Assembly: GCA_035473115.1 (NCBI GenBank)
Contig: DATION010000002.1
Span: forward strand, 9,469 to 73,468
DNA from: Candidatus Udaeobacter sp.
GTDB taxonomy: Bacteria; Patescibacteriota; Patescibacteriia; Magasanikbacterales; GWA2-37-8
Length of the DNA stretch: 64,000 bases
Direction of reading: 5' to 3'
Shown here: positions 46,463 to 54,958 of the stretch, piece by piece
Layout: the number at the start of each line of letters is the position of its first letter
Position numbering within the stretch: the first letter of the stretch is position 1
Notes under the pieces: generated by a model
What the model was told of the DNA's origin: nothing
Database searches by the model: none
What the model saw: the letters and a program-made list of their open reading frames with translations, nothing else
Translations under genes and position numbers: made by a program

Positions 46463-49228
46463 ATGGAATTTGAAAAAAACACGCCTTTAAACATCCTTTC
46501 TTGCGACCGTTGTCAAGCAACCGGTTTTATTGGCTTTAGAAAATGCCCGCAATGCAAAGGTATGGCTATGGGAACGATGCAGCGAGACAGGTGGATGTAT
46601 TGGGATTATCCGCTGACTCGTTACCATTTAAACTTGCAGTCCGGTCGTCGTATTTTAAACCGTATTCGTTTAATCACAGCGCTAGTTTTTTGGCTCAATT
46701 GTTGGATCTGGGTTGGATTTCTGGTTTATAAACAAGGAGTTTATAAAATTTTAATAGATCCAAAACATTGGCAAACATTTTTGACTGCTCTCAATCATAG
46801 AACTTTAGTTTTATTTTGGCTGGGCGCGATCGGTTTTTTGTATTTGTGGTATAGAATTATTAAACAAAAAGAATTAGTTGGCGCTGTGGAATCATTTAAC
46901 TATCAAGAAGTTGCAGCAAAGAAAAATAATAATGCGGTGGTTGACTCTTGGATAGCCGTGAAAAAAATATCTAGAAGAAAAAAACATAATATTGCTCATG
47001 CTTTTGTAGAGGAAGCTTTGTCCGCACTTGCTAAAACTTATCATTTTGCCGACAAAAATAAATCCAAAGAAGTCCGGCCAGAGCATCTGTTTTATACCTT
47101 GCTATCATTTAACAGAATCGGCAATATTTTTATCAGACTTGGTATCCCAGCTACTGCTTTGCAAAAAGAATTATTGCCAATGTTTACTAGCGGTATTAAA
47201 GAAAATAAAAATTTACCGCCACTAATAGCAAAAGATCTGCAGCAGATAATCTTTCAAGCTTATGAAGAAGCCTATAAAGCTCACCAAGATTATGTCAGCG
47301 TTACCGATTTGTTAGTAGCTACTCTGCGGGAAACGCCGGCTATTGCCGAAGTTTTATTTAATTTTAATGTTAGCCAGCGCCAGTTGGAAAATGTGGTTGA
47401 GTGGGCCAGGATGCGTGAGAAATTGCATCGCCAGTATGTTAAATTCAGACGCGCAGCCAGTCACCATTCCAAATATGGTATGGATAAAGCCATGACAGCG
47501 CTAGCCACTCCTTATTTAAACAGCTTTAGTTCTGACCTAACTATGTTGGCGCATTATGGCCAGTTAACGCAGTGCGTAGCTAGAAATCAAGAACTAGAAG
47601 AAATTTACCAAATAATTAATGGTGGTGAACATAATGTGTTGCTGGTCGGAGAGCCTGGAGTAGGCAAGCGAACTATTGTTGAAGGCATTGCCCAGAGTAT
47701 GGTTGAAGATGATGTGCCGGAAAGATTAAAAGATAAGCGTTTGGTGCGGTTAAGTGTATCAGCGCTACTGGCTGGCACCAGTCCAACCGGAGCGGTAGAA
47801 AGATTGCGCGGCATAATGCAAGAAATGTCCCGAGCGCGTAATGTTATTTTATTTATTAATAATCTGCATGAACTGGTCGGTGTTTCGGCCGGAGAAAATG
47901 GTAGTCTAGATATAGCCGGTACTTTGGCGGAGTTTCTTAGTAGTGATCGGTTTTTAACCATTGCCACCACTACCCCCGAAGATTATTCTCAGCATATATT
48001 AAATTCTTCTGTTAAAGATGTATTTACCAAAGTAGCTATCGCGGAGATGAATGAAGACCAGGCCATTCAAGTTTTGGAATCTAAAGTGGGTATGTTGGAG
48101 TACAAGCAAAAAATATTTTTTTCTTATGATGCTTTAGAAAAATCTGTTGAGTTCGCGCAAAAGTTTATCCACGAATCATATCTGCCGGTAAATGCTATAG
48201 AAATAATGACTGAAGCGGCCGCGTTTACCCGTAATAAAAAAGGAATCAATTCTATCGTAAGCAAAGAAGAAGTGGCGGCAGTGGTGACCGAAAAAACTAA
48301 AATTCCTTTAGCCACAATTTCTAGCGATGAATCAAGTAAGCTATTGCTCCTAGAAGAAGAGATGCATAAGCGCGTTGTTGGCCAAGATGAAGCCGTAACT
48401 GCCGTGGCTAATGCTTTGCGCCGGGCTCGCGCGCAAATGCGTTCCGCCAAACGGCCGATTGCCAATTTTTTATTTCTTGGGCCTACCGGTGTTGGTAAAA
48501 CCGAACTAACTAAAACAATCGCCGAAGTTTATTTTGGCGGTGAAAATAGGATGATTCGATTGGATATGAGTGAATATCAAGATAAAAATAGTATTTATCG
48601 CTTGATCGGTATGCCCGGAGAAAAAGGTACTGGTATCTTAACCGAAGCAGTGCGGCAAAATCCGTTTTCATTGGTACTTTTGGATGAAATCGAAAAAGCT
48701 GATCAAGATATTCTTAATTTATTCTTACAAGTTATGGATGACGGCCGTTTAACGGATTCTTCTGGCCGGGTATATGACTTTACTAATGTTATTTTGATAG
48801 CTACTTCCAATGCTGGCACGGCTTATGTACAGGAACAAAACAAAAATGGCATTTCTCACGAAGCTTTGCTAAATCAGCTTTTGCATGGCGAACTTAAACA
48901 GTATTTCCATCCGGAATTTTTAAATCGTTTTGATGGCGTTATTTTGTTTAATCCTTTAACCCATGCCGATATCAAAAAAATTGCTGGTATTATGTGTCAG
49001 CAAATTGTTAAAGACATTGAACAAAAAGGGGTAGAATTGCAAGTAACTGATGAAGCTTTGGAATTTTTGGCTGATGTTGGTTTTGATCCGGAGTTCGGAG
49101 CGCGGCCAATGCGCCGGGTTTTACAGGACAAAGTAGAAAACAAATTAGCCGAATTATTCTTGCAGGGCAAATTAAAGAGAGGTAGTGTTATTACTATCGG
49201 AGCCGGTGGAGAGATAAGCGTGGAGTAA
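46463..49228 (+). CDS. ClpA/ClpB-family AAA+ ATPase with N-terminal Zn finger and 2 TMs
   Basis: Clp-N repeats (PEHL), GEPGVGK, GPTGVGKT, RLDMSEY, LLDEIEKA, PEFLNR, GARPMRR. Confidence 0.92.
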   Translation: MEFEKNTPLNILSCDRCQATGFIGFRKCPQCKGMAMGTMQRDRWMYWDYPLTRYHLNLQSGRRILNRIRLITALVFWLNCWIWVGFLVYKQGVYKILIDPKHWQTFLTALNHRTLVLFWLGAIGFLYLWYRIIKQKELVGAVESFNYQEVAAKKNNNAVVDSWIAVKKISRRKKHNIAHAFVEEALSALAKTYHFADKNKSKEVRPEHLFYTLLSFNRIGNIFIRLGIPATALQKELLPMFTSGIKENKNLPPLIAKDLQQIIFQAYEEAYKAHQDYVSVTDLLVATLRETPAIAEVLFNFNVSQRQLENVVEWARMREKLHRQYVKFRRAASHHSKYGMDKAMTALATPYLNSFSSDLTMLAHYGQLTQCVARNQELEEIYQIINGGEHNVLLVGEPGVGKRTIVEGIAQSMVEDDVPERLKDKRLVRLSVSALLAGTSPTGAVERLRGIMQEMSRARNVILFINNLHELVGVSAGENGSLDIAGTLAEFLSSDRFLTIATTTPEDYSQHILNSSVKDVFTKVAIAEMNEDQAIQVLESKVGMLEYKQKIFFSYDALEKSVEFAQKFIHESYLPVNAIEIMTEAAAFTRNKKGINSIVSKEEVAAVVTEKTKIPLATISSDESSKLLLLEEEMHKRVVGQDEAVTAVANALRRARAQMRSAKRPIANFLFLGPTGVGKTELTKTIAEVYFGGENRMIRLDMSEYQDKNSIYRLIGMPGEKGTGILTEAVRQNPFSLVLLDEIEKADQDILNLFLQVMDDGRLTDSSGRVYDFTNVILIATSNAGTAYVQEQNKNGISHEALLNQLLHGELKQYFHPEFLNRFDGVILFNPLTHADIKKIAGIMCQQIVKDIEQKGVELQVTDEALEFLADVGFDPEFGARPMRRVLQDKVENKLAELFLQGKLKRGSVITIGAGGEISVE

Positions 49229-49230
49229 TT

Positions 49231-50298
49231 ATGCCGATTATTTTTTTAAAAATATTCATTATAACTTTGGCTCTGGCTGTAGTTTTTACTTTGATTATCA
49301 AAAGTATAGCCATATATTTTCAGGTTTTTGATTTCCCGGATGGAAACAGAAAAACTCATTCCAGACCAATGCCTCTTTTGGGAGGAGTAGCAATTTTTGT
49401 TACCTTTTGGTTGGTAGCTGGGTATCTTTTATTTTCTTACCAAATATATGGCTTGGAATTATTAGCCAAAAAAATGATCGGCGTTTTTCTGGCCAGTTTA
49501 ATTTTGGTGGTAATGGGAGTGATTGACGATAAAAAACAGTTATCTCCAAAATTACGCTTGGTGGTTACTATTTTGGCAGCTTTAGTGGCTATGGGCTGGG
49601 GGTTAGGTTTAGAAAAAATTACCAATCCTTTGGGTGGAATTTTAAATTTAAGTTTTTGGCCGATAAAAGTCGGTGGCGGAACCTTTTATTTACTGGCGGA
49701 AATTTTGGTTTTTATTTGGCTAATGGGCATGATGTATACCACCAAAGTTTTAGATGGGTTAGACGGATTATCTGTTGGCACTGCTTTTATCGGCGGAGTT
49801 ATAATATTTTTTTTATCTACTTCCGCCAAATATTTCCAGCCTAACGTAGCTATTTTAGCGCTTATTTTCGCCGCCAGCTGTTTGGGTTTTCTGTTATTTA
49901 ATTTTTATCCTGCCAAAATTTTTTTGGGCGAAGGTGGCAGCCTGTTTATTGGTTTGATATTAGGGGTTTTGGCTATAATTTCTGGTGGGAAAGTGGCCAC
50001 AGCTCTACTGGTCATGGCCATTCCGATTTTGGACTTAGCACGAGTGGTCTATATTAGAATCAAAAATAATCAGTCCGTGTTTAAAGGTGATAGAGAACAT
50101 CTTCATTTTCGTTTGCTAGATTCAGGGTTAAGCCATAGGCGCACAGTTTTATTTCTATATTTTTTGGCTTTTTTATTTGGTATTACCACTTTATTTTTAC
50201 AAAGCACGCAAAAATTATATGCGCTTTTAGTCTTGGTAATTTTGTTAGCTTTTATTAATTATCGTTTGGGAAAAAAAGGTAGCAATTTTCGCATATGA
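49231..50298 (+). CDS. WecA/TagO-type undecaprenyl-phosphate GlcNAc-1-P transferase
   Basis: RKTH..P.P.LGG, G.IDD, DGLDGL, NF.PAKIFLG, D.EHLH.RL. Confidence 0.92.
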   Translation: MPIIFLKIFIITLALAVVFTLIIKSIAIYFQVFDFPDGNRKTHSRPMPLLGGVAIFVTFWLVAGYLLFSYQIYGLELLAKKMIGVFLASLILVVMGVIDDKKQLSPKLRLVVTILAALVAMGWGLGLEKITNPLGGILNLSFWPIKVGGGTFYLLAEILVFIWLMGMMYTTKVLDGLDGLSVGTAFIGGVIIFFLSTSAKYFQPNVAILALIFAASCLGFLLFNFYPAKIFLGEGGSLFIGLILGVLAIISGGKVATALLVMAIPILDLARVVYIRIKNNQSVFKGDREHLHFRLLDSGLSHRRTVLFLYFLAFLFGITTLFLQSTQKLYALLVLVILLAFINYRLGKKGSNFRI

Positions 50299-50762
50299 CA
50301 CAACCAAAACCATTTAAATTTTGGCATTTAATTTTTTTATTAGTAGTCTTTATATTTTTTATTGGCAACGCCATTTATAGTTCTTGGTGGAAAAAAGCAG
50401 TTGTAAAAATTGGCGGTCAGGAAGTGCGTGTTTTGGTAGCTGATAATTATAAACATCAAGTAAAAGGCTGGAGCGGCCGAAAAGATATGGGCCAGTATGG
50501 CGGCATGTTATTTATTTTTGCCGATCACGGTCAGCATGCTATGGTTATGCGCGATATGCAATTTCCCTTAGATATTGTTTGGCTAGATGGCAATAAAATT
50601 ATCGATTTTGCGCCAAACTTGCCTGCAGAAGCGGGGATTGCCGAAGACAAATTAACTATATATCGGAGCCGAGCGGCTTCTACTATGGTTCTAGAACTGC
50701 CAGCTGGGTTTATGGAGAAAAATGGCTTAAAAATAGGGGATACAATCCAGGTGCAAGGATAA
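50295..50762 (+). CDS. DUF192-domain protein
   Basis: GMLFIF, M.FPLDIVW, VLELPAG. Confidence 0.9.
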   Translation: MTQPKPFKFWHLIFLLVVFIFFIGNAIYSSWWKKAVVKIGGQEVRVLVADNYKHQVKGWSGRKDMGQYGGMLFIFADHGQHAMVMRDMQFPLDIVWLDGNKIIDFAPNLPAEAGIAEDKLTIYRSRAASTMVLELPAGFMEKNGLKIGDTIQVQG

Positions 50763-50843
50763 AATATAGCGGCCATTGACATATTTTAAGCCTTAGTATA
50801 TACTAATCGCACCCCGTACAAATTATTTAATTTTAAGTTTTTT

Positions 50844-51149
50844 ATGTATTCAGTCATAGCTACCGGCGGAAAACAGTATCTAGTTAAGAGCGGCGATGTT
50901 TTAAAAATAGAAAAATTACCTGTAGCCGAAGGCGGTAAAGTTGTTTTTGATAAAGTATTACTCACTGCTAACGAAGATGGTACTGATGTAAAAATTGGTA
51001 AACCTTATTTGGCTGGCGCTACTGTCGAAGCCACTCTGGAAAAGCAAGGAAAAGAACGCACTTTACGTGTAGAAAAGTTCAAAAATAAAGTTCGTTACCA
51101 CAAAGTTCATGGTCAAAGACAGAGATTCAGCCAAGTAAAGATTAAATAA
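50844..51149 (+). CDS. rplU: 50S ribosomal protein L21
   Basis: TGGKQYLV..GD, IGKPY, GQRQ. Confidence 0.97.
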   Translation: MYSVIATGGKQYLVKSGDVLKIEKLPVAEGGKVVFDKVLLTANEDGTDVKIGKPYLAGATVEATLEKQGKERTLRVEKFKNKVRYHKVHGQRQRFSQVKIK

Positions 51150-51167
51150 AATTAAAACTTCAAAACT

Positions 51168-51197
51168 AACCCCGCCTTTCACGAAAGGCGGGGTTTT
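51168..51197 (+). terminator. Intrinsic terminator
   Basis: aaccccgcctttc-ac-gaaaggcggggtttt. Confidence 0.85.
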
Positions 51198-51214
51198 GGT
51201 TTATTGTAAGGGGA

Positions 51215-51243
51215 TTGACAAATGGTGATTTTTGTGGTATATT
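51215..51243 (+). promoter_or_regulatory. sigma70 promoter of the orphan gene
   Basis: TTGACA-17bp-TATATT with upstream TG. Confidence 0.7.
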
Positions 51244-51411
51244 ATTCTGTTACTTAATTAGAGTAACAATTTCTTTACAATTCAATTACAGGCGGTTTCT
51301 CTCTGTTTTAGAGGTCTTTAATTTGGGTCTCAAAAACAGGGAGAAATCCCGCTTCTTATCGGCAGTCCTGTTTCAGGACTGCTAACCACCGTTTCAAGAG
51401 GAGAGTTGAAC

Positions 51412-52275
51412 ATGATGAACTATCGGAATTCCTTGCAGTCGACCAGTGCCAATGGCCCGTTTATTGTCCTGGATCATTTCAGGATGACCAAGAAGCAAGT
51501 TGCCGAATTCCATCGGCGACTCCCCGGAGTGACCGAGGAGACGGTCCGCCAGGCGATCGAGCAGTACAACTTCTTCCTCGCCGAGGGTGGTAACGTCAGG
51601 CGCCCCTGGTTGCATGATGGTCAGAGCCGGATTGTCGCACCAATGTGCAGCGAAGCGGTGGACTTGCTCCAGCGTAAGTTCCCCAGGACCGTTGCGTCGT
51701 CCAATTGGTGTGGAGGATGGCCACGACAGCAGCAGCGCCAGGACCGTAAGGAGTACGGCCGGTACTACGAGCCGGGAGTCCGTGTGCTCATTGCTGCCAA
51801 GCGATCTCGTGTCGCGGTGGAGAAAGCACCAGTGACGACCTCGTCCCTGTCGATGGATTACGATGATGACTTTCCCGATCAGCGTGCATATGATAGAGCC
51901 TTCCGTGATCCTGATGACGATGACTATGGCCATGATGGAGACGGTGGCTTCTACGGAGATGGAGATGGTGATGGTTCGGACAACGAACCAAACCATGACA
52001 CCGACTCGGAGAATGCGACCAAGAAGATGTATGCCGCGACCCCTGTTGTGTTCAAACGATTCGGCGATCAGAAAACGATCGTTCTCGTCATCTCCAATGG
52101 TGATCGGAAGCGTGCCGAGATCTTCGAGATCAACGGGAGTGTTGTCACCACCCACAAGACCTCGCGTGCTCAGAAGTACACCGACGCTGAGCTCAAGGCC
52201 AAGGGATGGCAGCACGGCAATCTCGGTGACGAACGTTTCAAGCCGATTTTGGCGGTCATCCTGACCGCCAACTAG
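51412..52275 (+). CDS. Hypothetical high-GC orphan with central Asp/Gly-rich tract
   Basis: SD GAGGAG; strongly G/C-ending codons; DDDDYGHDGDGGFYGDGDGDG tract. Confidence 0.7.
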   Translation: MMNYRNSLQSTSANGPFIVLDHFRMTKKQVAEFHRRLPGVTEETVRQAIEQYNFFLAEGGNVRRPWLHDGQSRIVAPMCSEAVDLLQRKFPRTVASSNWCGGWPRQQQRQDRKEYGRYYEPGVRVLIAAKRSRVAVEKAPVTTSSLSMDYDDDFPDQRAYDRAFRDPDDDDYGHDGDGGFYGDGDGDGSDNEPNHDTDSENATKKMYAATPVVFKRFGDQKTIVLVISNGDRKRAEIFEINGSVVTTHKTSRAQKYTDAELKAKGWQHGNLGDERFKPILAVILTAN

Positions 52276-52404
52276 AAGGAGTCTCACTACCGTGAACTGA
52301 GCGTCAGTTCGCGGTACAGGCGCCCTCAGGAATATTTCTCCAGAGTCTGCGCTTCTTGCGCCAAATCATTTGGCCCCAGAAGCGCTCTGGAGAAATCCAA
52401 AACT

Positions 52405-52438
52405 AAAAACACCTTGTACATTTGTACGAGGTGTTTTT
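52405..52438. terminator. Bidirectional terminator
   Basis: aaaaacaccttgtaca-tt-tgtacgaggtgttttt. Confidence 0.75.
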
Positions 52439-52439
52439 G

Positions 52440-53042
52440 TTATCTCTCAGTTCTATTCTTTAAAGCGCTGCCCAAAGTTATTTCATCAGCGTATTGCAAG
52501 TCACTGCCCATAGGCAAGCCGCGAGCCAGACGAGTAATTTTTAAATCCGGTTTTTCTTGTTTAATTTTTCTTTCCAAAAATAACATAGTAGTTTCGCCGG
52601 CCAAGTCGGGGTTGAGAGCCAAAACTATCTCTTTTATTTTTGTTTCTTTTTTTATTTTAAGAAATAATTCTTTAAGTTTTATTTTTTCCAGATCTTCTTC
52701 CGCACCTGGTTCAATTGTACCGCGCAACACGTGGTATAAGCCATTATATATACCGGTTCGTTCCAAAACCGGTATATCTTGCGGTTCACTGATTATGCAT
52801 AATAAAGATTGATCTCTGCTTTTATTACCGCAAATAGTGCAAGGGTTTTGGTCGCTAAAATCCCAGCAGTTTTCACAGCTTTTGACATTATCAATCAGTT
52901 CTTTTAAAGCCAAAGTAATCTCTCCAACTTCTTTTTTTCCTGATTTTAGCAGATAAAAAACAAACCGTTCAGCTGTTCTTTGACCGACAGTTGGCAGTTT
53001 ACGAAAAGCTTGAATGAGATTTTGAATTGATTTGGAGTACAT
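52440..53042 (-). CDS. recR: Recombination mediator RecR
   Basis: LP.VG.RTA.R, C4 zinc finger, YHVL.G, EIVLAL.P..GETT, LARGLP.G. Confidence 0.97.
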   Translation of the reverse strand: MYSKSIQNLIQAFRKLPTVGQRTAERFVFYLLKSGKKEVGEITLALKELIDNVKSCENCWDFSDQNPCTICGNKSRDQSLLCIISEPQDIPVLERTGIYNGLYHVLRGTIEPGAEEDLEKIKLKELFLKIKKETKIKEIVLALNPDLAGETTMLFLERKIKQEKPDLKITRLARGLPMGSDLQYADEITLGSALKNRTER

Positions 53043-53049
53043 TTTTAAA

Positions 53050-53343
53050 TTAATTCATTCCCGGGAATCCGCCCATCTCCTGCATTTTGCTGGCCATTAT
53101 TTTTTGCATTTTTTTGGTAGCGTCGCTGTGGGCGTCTTTAATAGCATTTTGTAACTTTTCTTTTTTTGTCGGGCTTAGCATTTCTTCATCAATGGCTACA
53201 CCAGTTAATTGCAAATTTCCATCCATAGTCAAAGCCACACCATTGTTGTGACTAGTAACAGATTCTCCGGCCAAAGCCCCCTGTAGTTTTTTCCCCTGAT
53301 CTCTTAAATCTTTAAATTGTTTTAGCTTTGAAAATACGGACAT
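53050..53343 (-). CDS. ybaB: YbaB/EbfC nucleoid-associated protein
   Basis: Position before recR; Q..L..E.V, V...MDG. Confidence 0.85.
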   Translation of the reverse strand: MSVFSKLKQFKDLRDQGKKLQGALAGESVTSHNNGVALTMDGNLQLTGVAIDEEMLSPTKKEKLQNAIKDAHSDATKKMQKIMASKMQEMGGFPGMN

Positions 53344-53369
53344 ATAGTTTATTAATTAATAATTTATAA

Positions 53370-54809
53370 TTACATTGGTGGTAAGTTTGAGTTATTTTTT
53401 TGCATAAACGCTGATTTTGGTTTAAGAGCCGGAGCAGCTGCAGAACGTTCTATGTACTGAGTCGTTAAATTCCGGAAAGATGCTCGTTCGGCATCAAAAA
53501 TCATGCGAGCCATGCCGGTTGGACCGTTACGATGTTTAGCGATATGGATTTCAGCAATATTTTTTTCATCGGGAGAAATATCTTCGGGGCGATAATTACG
53601 GTCGGCTGATTTTCTGTAAATAAATAATACCACATCCGCATCTTGCTCAATAGATCCGGATTCACGCAAGTGAGAAAGTTTAGGTATGGCTGGCGTGCTT
53701 GCTTCCACGGTACGAGAAAGCTGAGAAAGAGCCAAAACCGGGATATTTAATTCGCGAGCGATACTTTTTAGGCCACGAGTTATTTCGGCAACTTCTTGCA
53801 CACGGTTTTCTATGCTGCCACGTGATTCCATCAGCTGCAAGTAGTCTATAACTATCAGCCCCAAGCCATGTTCCATTTGCAAACGCCGCGCTTTGGTGCG
53901 GATCTGCATTATATTATTATTCGAGGCGTCATCAATAAAAATTGGCGCTTCCGAAAGTACCCCTAAAGCATGTCCAATTTTAGGAAAATCTTCTTCACCC
54001 AGATTACCCGTGCGCATTTTCCATAAATCCACATTGGCTTCAGAACAAAGTAAACGATCAACGAGTTGTTCTTTACTCATTTCCAGAGAAAACATACCCA
54101 CTGGTATTTTTTGTTTACCGCCGATATGACGCACGATATCTAAAGCTAAAGAAGTTTTTCCTACACTGGGGCGGGCAGCTAAAATTATTAAATCAGATCT
54201 TTGTAAGCCAGCTAGTGATTTATCTAGATCTGGATAACCGGTAGGAACTCCGCGTAATTGTCCTTTGTTATTATGCAGTTCGTCAATTCTATCAAAAGCT
54301 TCGTTTAATACTCCACGAATAGGAGTAAAAGTTTGGCGCATGAAGTTTTGAGATACACCAAATAGTTGTCTTTGCGCGTTATCAAGTAAAGAATCAAGCT
54401 CTTCGGTTTCTTCATAGCCCATTTTAGAAATTTCATGAGCTGCCGAAAGTAGTCGGCGCCGAGTCGCTTTTTTATGGACAATGTTGGCATAATTAACTAC
54501 ATGCGAAGCGGTTGGAACGGTGTTGGTAAGAGAAACTAGATAGCTATAACCGCCAGCTTGGTCTAAGTGTCCTTTTTCTGTTAGGCGGTTGCTGAGAGTG
54601 AGTAAGTCGATCGGTTCATTTTTTTGGTAAAGTTCCAAAATTACTTCAAAAATTTGGGCATGCGCGTTTTTATAAAAATCTTCCGGCTGCACAATATCGG
54701 CAATTTTTAACATCGCGTCTTTATCCAGCAAAATAGAGCCCAAAAGTGACATCTCAGCTTCTATGCTTTGCGGTGGAATTTTTTCTAGTTCTTTTATATC
54801 TTGAGGCAC
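53370..54809 (-). CDS. dnaB: Replicative DNA helicase
   Basis: PPQSIEAE, AARPSVGKT, IDYLQL, LSQLSR, LRESGSIEQDAD, KHRNGP. Confidence 0.98.
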   Translation of the reverse strand: MPQDIKELEKIPPQSIEAEMSLLGSILLDKDAMLKIADIVQPEDFYKNAHAQIFEVILELYQKNEPIDLLTLSNRLTEKGHLDQAGGYSYLVSLTNTVPTASHVVNYANIVHKKATRRRLLSAAHEISKMGYEETEELDSLLDNAQRQLFGVSQNFMRQTFTPIRGVLNEAFDRIDELHNNKGQLRGVPTGYPDLDKSLAGLQRSDLIILAARPSVGKTSLALDIVRHIGGKQKIPVGMFSLEMSKEQLVDRLLCSEANVDLWKMRTGNLGEEDFPKIGHALGVLSEAPIFIDDASNNNIMQIRTKARRLQMEHGLGLIVIDYLQLMESRGSIENRVQEVAEITRGLKSIARELNIPVLALSQLSRTVEASTPAIPKLSHLRESGSIEQDADVVLFIYRKSADRNYRPEDISPDEKNIAEIHIAKHRNGPTGMARMIFDAERASFRNLTTQYIERSAAAPALKPKSAFMQKNNSNLPPM

Positions 54810-54958
54810 AAATTAAGCAAAAATTTGAATATTTTCTAAGTTCACAGATAGTTCGTATATCTTAATCTAAGGGTTTATTTTTGGCAAGAAAAGTAAGGGG
54901 ACGAAATGTGGGCAAAGAGTTGATATTTAAAAGAAGTAAAGTTATAATTATAAACGTT

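Noticed and set aside
51394-52287. 297-aa antisense ORF mirroring the high-GC orphan
   Set aside because: Shadow of biased codon usage; the promoter and SD are on the plus strand.
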